Shown: one piece after another, positions 19,763-30,142 of the stretch
Layout: each line of letters starts with the position of its first letter
Numbering within the stretch: position 1 is the stretch's first letter
Virus record (IMG/VR): IMGVR_UViG_3300006749_000011
Span: 21,818 to 85,817 of that record
Length of the DNA: 64,000 nucleotides
From: a virus
Direction: 5' to 3' (one strand)
Translations under genes and position numbers: made by a program
Notes under the pieces: model-generated
Told to the model about the DNA's origin: nothing
The model's database searches: none
Seen by the model: only the letters and a program-made list of their open reading frames with translations

Positions 19763-22554
19763 TGATAGATAAAATTGGTTTTGAAGTATTACCAAATGTA
19801 TATTTTAGAGACATCTTTGTTACAAAAGTTGTTACTCATAGTGATAATGTAAATAAAAGAATTTTCAAAAGATTAGAATTTAAAGTAAAACTTATTTGTT
19901 ACGACGACATAGTAACCAAAACTTGGTCGAAAAATGATTCAACGATAATGCCATTAATGCAAATTAAACTAAATGTCCTTTTTGGCGATGATATACAAGA
20001 AGAATATGTTATTCCTATATCTGCTAATAAAGAGATAGAGCATCAGTTTATGCTATCAGAATCAACAATGAAATTGTATAGCAACTATAGAAAAGAAGAT
20101 AACATATTATTAGAATGTTGTGTTTTTTTAGATAGTAATAAACTAAAATCATATTATGCTATTGATATAAACGAGGAAATAAGAGGACCAAAAAGCTCAG
20201 AAATAATAATCAATGGCAAAGAACATAAACATGTAACACCTCAAAAAACATATATTTATGTTTATGAAGACGGTAGACCTGTGTATGGTCCGTATCATCA
20301 ACATATAGCACCTCCAGAAGTAACTCAGGAAGTTGTGATGCAAGGTTCGTTTCATAGGAACAAAGCGCATAAAAAGATTTTTAGAAAAGAAATAGCAAGT
20401 GCACAAAAAATATCATATAATGTAAAGCATGAACCAATTTTTAATATTAACTTGAATGACCCTAAGCCAATAGGAAACCTTCCCTATGATTTTAATTTTA
20501 AAGGGGATAATATCCCCTTGTTATCAGAAGAGATATTAAACAGATTAAAGCCTACCTTAATAAGCAACTTTTCTCAAAATGACAAAAAATCAAAATTTAA
20601 TATATCTTTTTCTAAAAACATCATGGGTCTTCAAAACAAGAATTGCAAAACCTTATACAAGACAAACCCAGAGTTGTTTCTATCTTTACAAAATAAAATT
20701 AGTGTAAAAAGTATGACTGTTTTAAGAGCAGAGATAAACTCTCAAGTCATAAGAAACAGATGTAATGTTATAATAGGAGAAACCGAACAGGAACTTAAAT
20801 ATGAAAAAGTTTCTTATATTGTTTTTAAAGATAACAACGTTGATGAAACAATAACTTTTAGAACCAACGATGGCCGCCTTAGATACATCGATAAGAAATC
20901 AATTAAAAAATTAGAAGATAACAATTATAAAACAAACGATTTCACAACAAGAGGCTTGAGAGACTCTAAAGTGATTTGTTCTGTAAAAAAATCATCCGTG
21001 CAAATGGAGGATGTGGAGACTTTAGATTTTGTAGACAACTCCCTAGATGAAACAAGTAATACTAAATACAAATATTCAATTGAATATGAAGTAGAAACAA
21101 AACTTGATAGTATTATAGCAGAAACTGTTAACAATTTAAGAAAGCAAGTTTCTGAAATTAATGGTATATTAAGAAGAGTCGAAAGAAAAAAACATTTTAA
21201 TTTTAGAACTAATCGGTTTACAAAATCTTTTATGATTGAACTACACAGTTATTATGACATGGTGCTTTTTGAAGAGAACGGATTATTAAACCTAATACAG
21301 AACAACTCTACAAACAATGTTAAAGCTTATTGGATTCAAGCGCCTTTTTTATTATCAAAAGTCACAGAGTTCTCTAGAGGCAAAGGTGACCAAATATATA
21401 AGGATGTCTACAACTTGTTATCCCCAATGACTACATCTCCGATAAAAATTAGAAAAGCTGTCACCATAATGAATAAGGAAATTAAATATATAGAAGACAA
21501 ATACAATCTACCAAGTAATAAAAAAACCAGTAAGGTAGTGAAAAAGAATCAAAGTAAACCAAAAAACAAGTTTACTATAAGACACAGTTCAAACAAAATT
21601 ATAAAAAATAAAAAAATGTTAAACAAAACTTCTTTTATAAAAAACATAAAAAATGGAAAACTAAAGAAATCAGAATTAATCAAAAGAGGCAATGTTGAGG
21701 TTAATAAGTTTTTTAACACTCAACCTGTGACCTCAAATTTAAAATTTGAGTCTCTAGATAATGATGAAAAGATAGCCTTATCTGATATCACTGAAAATTT
21801 GACTTACTTCACTCCTCAATCTATAAAAATAGGTTCTCAAGAAAAAGACCTGTCGGGTAACAATATTGATAAATTTAATCTGGATTTTTTTGATAAGATT
21901 GTTGATGCAAAAATAAAAAATTCTTTACAGTTTTCAACTCCAAAAACTAATGTAGCAAATCTAATTTCATTACAAGTGGTTGATGACCCTAACGTAAAAG
22001 ATTATTTAGGTGATGATACTCTATTTGTAAGTGAAAACTTACAAGCAACCGAGCAGTTTAAAAGACTTAAAGCTTTTAACAATAGTTTTGCAAAAAATTT
22101 GTCTATTAATAAAAAGAACAAGTTAAACACCGCAAAGTTTGATCCTGATTCTAATAAGTTTTCTTTAAAAAAATATAACAAAGTAGATAAAAAATCAAAA
22201 CTAAAAAATCTTCCGCTTTCCATAAAGTCTATATTACTTGGAAATAACGAAACTATTACAAAATTTCCAATAAGAAATGGTCTGTTTGACCCTTTAAAAA
22301 GCCCAGAAACCAGTGAAGCCACAAAACAAAACTTTACTAGAATAAAAAAACTTGAATATTTAAGCGGCTATAGTTTTAAAGGTGGCTTTCCTATACTTAA
22401 TAAACCAAAGTGGGTCAAGTTTGATAAAAGCTCAATAAATTATTCTAAAAAAATACTATGTAGAATGATTGATTATGAAGACGAAGATTTTGATATAACA
22501 GTTGATAACAACGAAATACCATCTGTTGATGATGTGTTTACACTAGAGGATTGA
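19762..22554 (+). CDS. Hypothetical protein (Lys/Asn-rich) in tail operon
   Basis: ~930-aa ORF; ATG at 19762 overlaps upstream TAA and follows GGAG. Confidence 0.6.
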   Translation: MIDKIGFEVLPNVYFRDIFVTKVVTHSDNVNKRIFKRLEFKVKLICYDDIVTKTWSKNDSTIMPLMQIKLNVLFGDDIQEEYVIPISANKEIEHQFMLSESTMKLYSNYRKEDNILLECCVFLDSNKLKSYYAIDINEEIRGPKSSEIIINGKEHKHVTPQKTYIYVYEDGRPVYGPYHQHIAPPEVTQEVVMQGSFHRNKAHKKIFRKEIASAQKISYNVKHEPIFNINLNDPKPIGNLPYDFNFKGDNIPLLSEEILNRLKPTLISNFSQNDKKSKFNISFSKNIMGLQNKNCKTLYKTNPELFLSLQNKISVKSMTVLRAEINSQVIRNRCNVIIGETEQELKYEKVSYIVFKDNNVDETITFRTNDGRLRYIDKKSIKKLEDNNYKTNDFTTRGLRDSKVICSVKKSSVQMEDVETLDFVDNSLDETSNTKYKYSIEYEVETKLDSIIAETVNNLRKQVSEINGILRRVERKKHFNFRTNRFTKSFMIELHSYYDMVLFEENGLLNLIQNNSTNNVKAYWIQAPFLLSKVTEFSRGKGDQIYKDVYNLLSPMTTSPIKIRKAVTIMNKEIKYIEDKYNLPSNKKTSKVVKKNQSKPKNKFTIRHSSNKIIKNKKMLNKTSFIKNIKNGKLKKSELIKRGNVEVNKFFNTQPVTSNLKFESLDNDEKIALSDITENLTYFTPQSIKIGSQEKDLSGNNIDKFNLDFFDKIVDAKIKNSLQFSTPKTNVANLISLQVVDDPNVKDYLGDDTLFVSENLQATEQFKRLKAFNNSFAKNLSINKKNKLNTAKFDPDSNKFSLKKYNKVDKKSKLKNLPLSIKSILLGNNETITKFPIRNGLFDPLKSPETSEATKQNFTRIKKLEYLSGYSFKGGFPILNKPKWVKFDKSSINYSKKILCRMIDYEDEDFDITVDNNEIPSVDDVFTLED

Positions 22555-22558
22555 ATAA

Positions 22559-22834
22559 ATGCCAACCGAAGCAGAGTTATTAGAAGATTACACAATAGAA
22601 TTAAAAAATTTAATTAATGCAAACATAGATGCAGCTAGCACAAACCCTTTAGTTGAACAAGAACCTAACTTTGCTGGGGATTTTATTAAACAAAATTCAC
22701 CAGTAAAAGATATTTATGAATATGAAGATATACTAAACGAGAATTTAAATGAAGTTAATACAACAGAAACACAACCTACTGATTCCAGAAACACTACAGA
22801 GCCCAACAACTCTGGACAGTCTTCTAGCTACTAG
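22559..22834 (+). CDS. Acidic 91-aa ORF, possibly the N-terminal part of a frameshifted gene
   Basis: GAGGA RBS then ATG; ends at TAG inside a 7-nt imperfect duplication. Confidence 0.55.
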   Translation: MPTEAELLEDYTIELKNLINANIDAASTNPLVEQEPNFAGDFIKQNSPVKDIYEYEDILNENLNEVNTTETQPTDSRNTTEPNNSGQSSSY

Positions 22835-24902
22835 TTATAACTCAAGTGGTGATTTGGTCGAAAGTGATCAGGATTTCAGCTATTCAATCCCTGAAGCATT
22901 TATTACTGATACTGATAATGATTTATCCGAAATTATCACCATTTTGTCTCCAAGGAACTCAGAAATAAACGATAACTTATCAAACACAGGTGATTCATTT
23001 GTATACAGCTTATTAGCTAACAAACCAGCAACTTTTTCGTTACATTCAATTTACAATTATGAATTTTTTACTTATGAACAGTTAACAAAAAACTTAGACA
23101 GCTTATTATTGCCAAGCTACAATCTGTTTAGACATGACGTTAACACAGATATAAATACAGTTAAATCTTACGGAGGCAAATACAATCCCAATGATGTAGC
23201 ATCGAAAGTTTTAATTAAGAATATTAACGACAACACTATAAATCACTACTATACTTTTTTTGATAAAGCCAACCAAAAGCTTGGAAACGAGGTAAAAGAT
23301 TACGATGATAACTATTACAAGTGGCTTACTGATACAGAAATGAGAAACCCTTCTTTACCAAACGACTATCACTTAAAAACAAAAAATATTTTTATGGAAT
23401 CTACCAGCAACAAAGATACTGCATATATACCTTTTTATAATTTAATAAAAATTAATAAAATGCAAAAATCTGATGAATATTCTTTGATAGACATATTGAA
23501 AGATTTAGATATATTTTTCAACATCATGGTTCACACAAAAAGAGAACAACCAGAAGTATCTAGACACAAACAAGGTGCAAGGAACATTTCTATAAAAAAA
23601 TGGGATTTAAACCTTGAACAATTAAACGATGGTGTACAAGAACTAGATGATGAGACATTTTTAAAAAACAAAAGTATTAAAAACAACAAAACACTAAGCA
23701 CTTCGCGCCCAATAGAAAAATTAAAAAACTATTTTGATGATAGATTAAAAAAGTTTATTTTATATAAAAAATTACAACAAGTCAAAAAAGAAAATGTTCT
23801 AAACTTTGTGGACATGATTATAAACAAAAAACCTATAAACAAAGTTTTTATAGGTTTCAAAATAGAGAAAAAACTTTCTTTAGGCGGAACAACTACACAG
23901 ACCTTTTACATTCAAAGTAATGATGTACAATTAATAGATACACAAATACAATATGACAGAACATATTATTATAAAATTTCAGAACTTTTTTTGTCATATG
24001 AAAACGAATATAGCTATTCAACCAGTGAAGAAATAGTCCTTAGTTATGATGATTTTGATTACCAAAATAAAATTGAACTTTTGTTTTCATCAAACGTAAA
24101 TATGAAAATTATAGAAATACCAACAGGGATGCTTGAAAGAAGGGTCCTTGCTCCTCCACTATTTAAACCAGATATTAGAGTTTATACCAACACACAAGTA
24201 GACCATAAAGTAAAATTTTTAGTTAGCGATAGATTTGGTAACTCAACAACAAGAGAAGATTTTTATACTGTTTTAAACGAATCAGACAGAGAATACAGAG
24301 AAAGACTTAAATTAGCTGGTATAGTAAACTCTTCAAATCGATCTTATTTCTCATACAGAAGCAGGACAGGTACTTTTAGAGTGTATAAATTAGAAAAGAA
24401 GCCTACAAAATATGAAGATTTTGCTGATTCTTTCTTGGGAGTAATTGGAGATACAAGCAATCTTGACGGAGTGCCATCAGCATTGTTCACTGATCACATA
24501 AAGTACGAACAAAAATATTATTATCTATTTGTACCAATAAGTAGGCAAGGACAAGGAGGTAACCCTTCTTTTGTTCAAGAAGTTCAGTTGTTAAAAGATG
24601 CTGATGAAAATATATTAAGATACAGTTCTTATGAATTATCAGAACCTGAAGAAGACTATATCAACGAAACATCTTATAGAAAATTTATTCAAGTTGTACC
24701 TAATTATAATCAGACAATACCAAAAAGTAATTTAGACATGGTACAAATAAGCGAAACTAATGAAAATCCAAAATTACTTGGACCTGATGAAAATAGCTTA
24801 TGGGATTTAAGAGGAAACAAGTTTATAAAACTTAGAGTAGAATCAAAATCAACAGGAAAGAAATTTGATTTGAACTTAAGATTTAAATTAAAAAAACCAT
24901 AG
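22749..24902 (+). CDS. Hypothetical tail-region protein (start uncertain; possibly the continuation of 22559 by +1 shift)
   Basis: 717-aa frame; no RBS at 22749; FN3-like IDTQIQYDRTYYYKI and FTDHIKYEQKYYYLF segments. Confidence 0.6.
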   Translation: MKLIQQKHNLLIPETLQSPTTLDSLLATSYNSSGDLVESDQDFSYSIPEAFITDTDNDLSEIITILSPRNSEINDNLSNTGDSFVYSLLANKPATFSLHSIYNYEFFTYEQLTKNLDSLLLPSYNLFRHDVNTDINTVKSYGGKYNPNDVASKVLIKNINDNTINHYYTFFDKANQKLGNEVKDYDDNYYKWLTDTEMRNPSLPNDYHLKTKNIFMESTSNKDTAYIPFYNLIKINKMQKSDEYSLIDILKDLDIFFNIMVHTKREQPEVSRHKQGARNISIKKWDLNLEQLNDGVQELDDETFLKNKSIKNNKTLSTSRPIEKLKNYFDDRLKKFILYKKLQQVKKENVLNFVDMIINKKPINKVFIGFKIEKKLSLGGTTTQTFYIQSNDVQLIDTQIQYDRTYYYKISELFLSYENEYSYSTSEEIVLSYDDFDYQNKIELLFSSNVNMKIIEIPTGMLERRVLAPPLFKPDIRVYTNTQVDHKVKFLVSDRFGNSTTREDFYTVLNESDREYRERLKLAGIVNSSNRSYFSYRSRTGTFRVYKLEKKPTKYEDFADSFLGVIGDTSNLDGVPSALFTDHIKYEQKYYYLFVPISRQGQGGNPSFVQEVQLLKDADENILRYSSYELSEPEEDYINETSYRKFIQVVPNYNQTIPKSNLDMVQISETNENPKLLGPDENSLWDLRGNKFIKLRVESKSTGKKFDLNLRFKLKKP

Positions 24903-24935
24903 TTTGAGATAATTATAGAGAATAGGAGAATATAA

Positions 24936-25886
24936 ATGGCATTTCAAGACAACAGTGGAGACATAATCTTTGACGTAGTTCTTACCGATGAAGGTAGAAA
25001 ACGCTTAGCAAAAGGTGATGGTAGTTTTAACATAGCACAGTTTGCCCTCGGAGACGATGAGATAAATTATGCCTTGTATGATAAAACAACCACAACAGCA
25101 ACACAAGATTTATCTATTTTGCAAACACCTGTGTTTGAAGCTTTCACTAACAATATGTCTTCTATTAAGACAAAACTTATGACAATACCAAGAAACGATT
25201 TGTTGTACCTTTCTGTTTTAAAATTAAATGAATTACCAAGAGGCGCAGCCATGCACTCTAATGGCGCATTTGTTGTAGCTGTTGACGGAACAACAGAAAA
25301 CAATAACGAAGCAGAAACACCCACAACAGCAATTGGTATAGCCAGCGATAAAAAAATAAACGAAGGTATAATTTTTGGTAAGACAATCAAAGAACAGTCA
25401 ACCTATATCAGAATCGATTCTGGTTTAGATACCACCGAAATACCACCAGACGGCACATATATTTCAGATTTGCAAGAAACTGGTTTTATAATTGAAATTG
25501 ATAATAGGTTAGGAAACATATGTTCTAAAGATGGTTCAATAATTAAAACACCAGATTTTATTGATGATGATAATGTCGCAAGTTATTCATTCCAAGCAGG
25601 AACTGCTGGAGACCCTCAGTTTGTTCAGTTTAATACCAGCACTGTGAATGGTGGAACAGAAACTATTGCCGGTCCTCGTGGCATCATGATTGAATTTAAA
25701 ATTAAATCATCTATTGATTTAGAAAAAAGCTCACACTTGTTTACTTTGTTGGGAACAGATAGCACTATGACTAAAGCTGCAACTGGTCAACAAGCAATTA
25801 AACAAATAGACTCTGTTGTTAGAGTTATAGGTGAAAGCACAGGCTACGCTGTAAGCGTTCCTGTTAGATTTGTTAAAGTAGTATAA
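24936..25886 (+). CDS. Virion structural protein (tail/baseplate)
   Basis: AGGAG RBS; N-terminal LTDEGRKRLA...FALGDDEINY resembles the N-half of phage fibre-attachment domains. Confidence 0.65.
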   Translation: MAFQDNSGDIIFDVVLTDEGRKRLAKGDGSFNIAQFALGDDEINYALYDKTTTTATQDLSILQTPVFEAFTNNMSSIKTKLMTIPRNDLLYLSVLKLNELPRGAAMHSNGAFVVAVDGTTENNNEAETPTTAIGIASDKKINEGIIFGKTIKEQSTYIRIDSGLDTTEIPPDGTYISDLQETGFIIEIDNRLGNICSKDGSIIKTPDFIDDDNVASYSFQAGTAGDPQFVQFNTSTVNGGTETIAGPRGIMIEFKIKSSIDLEKSSHLFTLLGTDSTMTKAATGQQAIKQIDSVVRVIGESTGYAVSVPVRFVKVV

Positions 25887-25899
25887 AAAAGGATATAAA

Positions 25900-27048
25900 A
25901 TGGCTAATACGTTTAAAAATATAGAACCAAATGATGTAATATCAACAAGAACTCTTCTTCATGAAGCAATTCCATTAACAGGAACAATTGTTAGTGGAAC
26001 TTACGGAACAACTAATAAAATACTTGGTGATGAAGAGAATGTAAAAAACTTTTCACACGGAATGTTCCAGTCTGTTTATGATTACCCGTTTCTCAGTTCT
26101 TCAGCAAATCATATTTTTGATATAACTGTGGGATATGCTAATAGTTCTACTCTAAGTTCATCTGCAAACGCTCAAAATGCTAAGAAAATTAATTTATATA
26201 ATCAAATGGCACAAGTTTGTATGGGTTATGACAAAACAGGTTCTATACAATTGTTTGATGAAGATGGAGATTTAGCGTCTGGTACAAAAATGAAAGAGTG
26301 TATGTTTTTTAACTTTTCAAGACTTCTTGTCAAAGATGAGATTAAAAAAGGCTCTTTTCAATTAGAGTTAGGAATCCACCCGAGTTTTGAACAAGCAGGT
26401 GCTACTACAATGAACAATAGAATTAAAATAACTGATTCCAGTGGCTCTAATGGATACAAGACTAATTCACCTGTTGGCGAATATGGTGTTCTTTTTGCTA
26501 CTAGTAGTACAACCACCCCAGCAAATACTCTTCAAGCTGGTGTCACATCTACAGGTGTTGGTCAACCTGCTGTTGGTTTAATATTTTATCAAGCAGGAAT
26601 CGCAGTAATTTCGGGATCAGTATTCAGCAAAGCTAATGCTGGAGGAATACTTAATAATTCTGCCACTGGAATAGATACAGTAAAACTTTCAACTAATAGT
26701 GGTAACACTGGTTTTGGCTTTGTGACAGGTTCTCAAATTTCATCTTCCGCCGATGCAATAAGAAACAGAATTTATAATATTCAATTCAATAATACAACGG
26801 AATTAAATTCAACAATATATTTCTGTCGTGTAAATCACAATGAGTACAACTATTCTGGTAATCCAACTTATCTTTCAAGTTCAAAGATTGTTGTAAAAGA
26901 CAACATTGGAGACCAACCAATATCTTATATTACCTCTGTTGGGCTTTATAGCGCAGATGGTGCTCTTATGGCTGTTGGTAAATTATCAGAACCTCTTCGT
27001 AAAGACCCATCAATTGAATATACTTTACGAGCTAGACTAGACTACTAA
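25900..27048 (+). CDS. Virion structural protein with C-terminal fibre-attachment-like motif
   Basis: C-terminal YITSVGLYSADGALMAVGKLSEPLRK...ARLDY; paralogue of next gene. Confidence 0.65.
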   Translation: MANTFKNIEPNDVISTRTLLHEAIPLTGTIVSGTYGTTNKILGDEENVKNFSHGMFQSVYDYPFLSSSANHIFDITVGYANSSTLSSSANAQNAKKINLYNQMAQVCMGYDKTGSIQLFDEDGDLASGTKMKECMFFNFSRLLVKDEIKKGSFQLELGIHPSFEQAGATTMNNRIKITDSSGSNGYKTNSPVGEYGVLFATSSTTTPANTLQAGVTSTGVGQPAVGLIFYQAGIAVISGSVFSKANAGGILNNSATGIDTVKLSTNSGNTGFGFVTGSQISSSADAIRNRIYNIQFNNTTELNSTIYFCRVNHNEYNYSGNPTYLSSSKIVVKDNIGDQPISYITSVGLYSADGALMAVGKLSEPLRKDPSIEYTLRARLDY

Positions 27049-27049
27049 A

Positions 27050-28282
27050 ATGAATTATGAAAAGTTTAAACCAGATGACATCATTATCAATAGAATAAAA
27101 GCTCATCCAAAACAAAGCTTTTTCATATACGATCAAGAAGTCTACATAAACACAAGAAATAATCTTGTTGGAGCATATGCAAACGAGTTTTCTGTTGCAA
27201 CAGGTTCTGTAAGTTTGTATGAATTAAACATAGACAGAGCGCCTGTGGTAGATGGCAAACAACAATCTTTTATAGAACCATCAGTTGTTGGATACAAAAC
27301 TGTTCTAGCTGATAAGAAACAGTTTAATACCATGTTGGGCAAAGCACACTCAGATTCTCTCTACAGCCCAGCTTCCTCCGGTGAGTACAGGATGAGTGCT
27401 TCTATAACAAGAATATACTCTGAGCCTACATCTGTTAAATATTTAGGTGTTGAACAAAATAAAAATACCCATATACTAGCTTTACAAAATTCTGCTGATA
27501 CTTATACAACATTAAGCAAGCACTATAACTTTACATCCTCGAACTATTTGTCTCGAGACCTTACTGAAGCAACTGTGAACATTATCGACATACCTACAAT
27601 ATTTTATGAATCATCACTTAAAAAAGGTTCTGTAAATTTAAAGTTTTATTTAACAGGATCGTTAATCGGAGAATGTGCTGATACAAAAAGAAACGGTGAG
27701 TTGATAGAAACCACAGGCTCTAATGCCGGACAGTGCGTTGGTATTGTTATGTATAATGAAGGTGTTATTGTTTTAACTAGTTCTAATGCCATAGACTCAA
27801 CAGGTGGTTCTTGGGTTAATTTTAATGGAACTGCTGGTACTGAACAAGCATCTTGGCTTTACTATGCAGCTGGTGCAAATGACGGAATAACTCACGACAC
27901 CGCAGGAGCAGATCAAATTGCTAATGCTAGTTTTAATTTAGAGTTTGAGGGTACTTCTTATACTAATACAATGACATTGTTTTGCCATGCGGATAAAGGT
28001 AAACTTAACTATTCCAATAATCCAACGTTCCTAGAGAGTGGTTCATTTTGTTCTACTTTTAACACTTCATCCTATTCTTACTCTGAGCCGGCCATAAGTA
28101 TTAAAAATGTTGTATCATCTTCTTATTCTGGACATAATGAAAACTTTGAAAGAACAACTTATATATCCAAAGTTGGTATTTACGATGAAGAAGGACACTT
28201 AGTCATGATTGCATCTTTAGCAAAACCGATAAGAAAGAAAGAGAACGACGAGTATACATTTAAATTAACTTACGATATTTAA
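27050..28282 (+). CDS. Virion structural protein, paralogue of 25900..27048
   Basis: Shared KKGS, G(L/I)xxYxxGxxV, FCxxxxxxxNYSxNPT(Y/F) and YISKVGIYDEEGHLVMIASLAKPIRK motifs. Confidence 0.65.
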   Translation: MNYEKFKPDDIIINRIKAHPKQSFFIYDQEVYINTRNNLVGAYANEFSVATGSVSLYELNIDRAPVVDGKQQSFIEPSVVGYKTVLADKKQFNTMLGKAHSDSLYSPASSGEYRMSASITRIYSEPTSVKYLGVEQNKNTHILALQNSADTYTTLSKHYNFTSSNYLSRDLTEATVNIIDIPTIFYESSLKKGSVNLKFYLTGSLIGECADTKRNGELIETTGSNAGQCVGIVMYNEGVIVLTSSNAIDSTGGSWVNFNGTAGTEQASWLYYAAGANDGITHDTAGADQIANASFNLEFEGTSYTNTMTLFCHADKGKLNYSNNPTFLESGSFCSTFNTSSYSYSEPAISIKNVVSSSYSGHNENFERTTYISKVGIYDEEGHLVMIASLAKPIRKKENDEYTFKLTYDI

Positions 28283-28291
28283 AAAAAATAC

Positions 28292-28320
28292 TTGACAAAC
28301 CAAAATTTATATGTTATAAT
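28292..28320 (+). promoter_or_regulatory. Sigma70-type promoter (extended -10)
   Basis: TTGACA-17 nt-TATAAT with TG at the extended -10 position, intergenic. Confidence 0.85.
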
Positions 28321-28328
28321 AGATTATT

Positions 28329-28853
28329 ATGATTATTTTAGGACTAGATATAAGTTCAAGCAGAATAGGTTATTGCTTGATAAACGAAAACGAAGACCTG
28401 CTTCTTGTTGATGAGATAAAACTAAAACCATCTCAATCTCTCGAAGAACGTGCTGATATCTTCAAAAAAGAAATGGAATGTATTATAAGGTCTTTACAAC
28501 AACAGGAGGTAGATTATGTTTTTATTGAACAACCATTCGTGGCATTCTCGGGAGGCAAGACAACAGCAGCGACAATGGCCAAGTTACAACGTTTTAATGG
28601 TATGTGTAGCTATGTGGTGCACGATTTATTTGGCGGCCCTGCAACTCTCCTTCAGGCGAACAAAGCTCGGGGTCTCGTTGATCTCAAAATCAAAAGGGGT
28701 GATAACACGAAGCTCAAGGTTATTGAGTGGGTTAGTGATAAATATCCAAAAGAATTCATAGTTGAGTACACAAGACACGGCAATCCAAAACCCGGAACCG
28801 ATGATAAAGCCGATGCAATTGTTATAGCAAATGCTGGGTTAAAAACTATTTAG
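28329..28853 (+). CDS. RuvC-like Holliday junction resolvase
   Basis: ILGLDISSSRIGY, VFIEQPF and DDKADAIVIA give the RuvC acidic tetrad. Confidence 0.85.
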   Translation: MIILGLDISSSRIGYCLINENEDLLLVDEIKLKPSQSLEERADIFKKEMECIIRSLQQQEVDYVFIEQPFVAFSGGKTTAATMAKLQRFNGMCSYVVHDLFGGPATLLQANKARGLVDLKIKRGDNTKLKVIEWVSDKYPKEFIVEYTRHGNPKPGTDDKADAIVIANAGLKTI

Positions 28854-28864
28854 ACATAAAGAGG
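28840..28864 (+). repeat. 25-bp direct repeat A, copy 1 (late-promoter motif + RBS)
   Basis: TAAAAACTATTTAGACATAAAGAGG identical to 29385..29409. Confidence 0.9.
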
Positions 28865-28871
28865 AATTATT

Positions 28872-29339
28872 ATGTCAAACGATATGAAACTTATAATGGA
28901 ATCTTGGAGAACAAACCAACTTTTGTTAGAATCAGGCCAAAAAAATGTTATAAACTTTGCAAAAAACATTGCATCCAATAAAGTATCAGATGAAAAAATC
29001 GAACAGGTTTTTGATAAATTAGAGAAGAATGAAGACTTTTTAAAACTTGTAGATATCTTTAAAAAATTAGAAGAAGAACCTATTGAAGAAGGAGCTTTGC
29101 TTGACGCTGAAGCAACAGTGTCGATTAAAGGAATGCAACTTATGGATTACATAAAAAGACAACCCGGCGGGAATGCTCTATTAAAAGCATCAGGCCCAAT
29201 TATGGCTATGGCTTATATATATACCAAAATAAAAATGGGTCGAGGAGATCTTGACCCTACAGATCTACAATCCGCAGCCGAAATAGCCACAAAAGGAACT
29301 AGTGCAGATCTTGTAGATATCGCCACTGGTGGTGGATAA
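28872..29339 (+). CDS. Hypothetical protein with MKLIMESW leader
   Basis: 155 aa, GAGGA RBS; leader MKLIMESWRTNQLLLE. Confidence 0.7.
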   Translation: MSNDMKLIMESWRTNQLLLESGQKNVINFAKNIASNKVSDEKIEQVFDKLEKNEDFLKLVDIFKKLEEEPIEEGALLDAEATVSIKGMQLMDYIKRQPGGNALLKASGPIMAMAYIYTKIKMGRGDLDPTDLQSAAEIATKGTSADLVDIATGGG

Positions 29340-29357
29340 AAAAAATAAAAAAATAAT

Positions 29358-29409
29358 TTGACAAATTTTCAAAACGTGTTATACTAAAAACTATTTAGAC
29401 ATAAAGAGG
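29358..29409 (+). promoter_or_regulatory. Overlapping sigma70 promoter (repeat B copy 1) and late motif/RBS (repeat A copy 2)
   Basis: TTGACA-16 nt-TATACT (with TG extension) followed by CTATTTA and GAGG. Confidence 0.8.
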
Positions 29410-29416
29410 TACCTTT

Positions 29417-30142
29417 ATGCAATTGATTATGGAAAACTGGAAACAATTTATAAAAGAAAATGTTGGCTCAAAGTTCAAAATTTTTTTAGATATGGACGGA
29501 GTTCTAGTAGCATTTACCAAAGGTCATGCAGAAGCCATCATAGCATCTATTCAAAAAGACCCAGAGACAATCAAATCTAAAAGTTCAAAAAAAATATTAA
29601 AAAAAATTAACGCCTATCAAGGAGAAGATCGAGAAGAGATTACCATAGACTTTTTAAATAATTTATTAGTTAAAAGAGACAACAAACTTGAAATGACAAA
29701 GTGGGAAAAACTAATAAAAAGTTTTCAATTTAAACCAATAACCAACAACATGGACTATTGGGTTAATTTAGAAAAGGCTGAAGGTTGTGATGAACTAGTT
29801 AAAGGTTGCCGCGATCTTGTTGGCTATGAAAATGTTTACATTTTATCTGCTCCAATAAACAACGACGAAGGCTCTTATCAAGGAAAAATGGAATGGTTAA
29901 AAAACTCTGGTCTTGGCTTTGATGAGGAGCACATTATTTTAAATTCAGAAAAACAAGAAGTGACTGATCGGTTTCCAAACGCTACATGTATTTTAGTAGA
30001 TGATAGAGAAAAATATTTAAATAAATTTGCAGATGAAGATTTGGAAAATCCTGGAATTGGAGTGTTACATTCGCCAAAAGCATCATTAAATGGAGCTAGC
30101 AACTCTTTAAACAAACTTAAAGAAATTATAAAAACTTCTTGA
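29417..30142 (+). CDS. HAD-family 5'(3')-deoxyribonucleotidase (NT5C-like) with MQLIMENW leader
   Basis: IFLDMDGVL (motif I), YILSAP (II), GKMEWL (III), ILVDDR (IV). Confidence 0.8.
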   Translation: MQLIMENWKQFIKENVGSKFKIFLDMDGVLVAFTKGHAEAIIASIQKDPETIKSKSSKKILKKINAYQGEDREEITIDFLNNLLVKRDNKLEMTKWEKLIKSFQFKPITNNMDYWVNLEKAEGCDELVKGCRDLVGYENVYILSAPINNDEGSYQGKMEWLKNSGLGFDEEHIILNSEKQEVTDRFPNATCILVDDREKYLNKFADEDLENPGIGVLHSPKASLNGASNSLNKLKEIIKTS

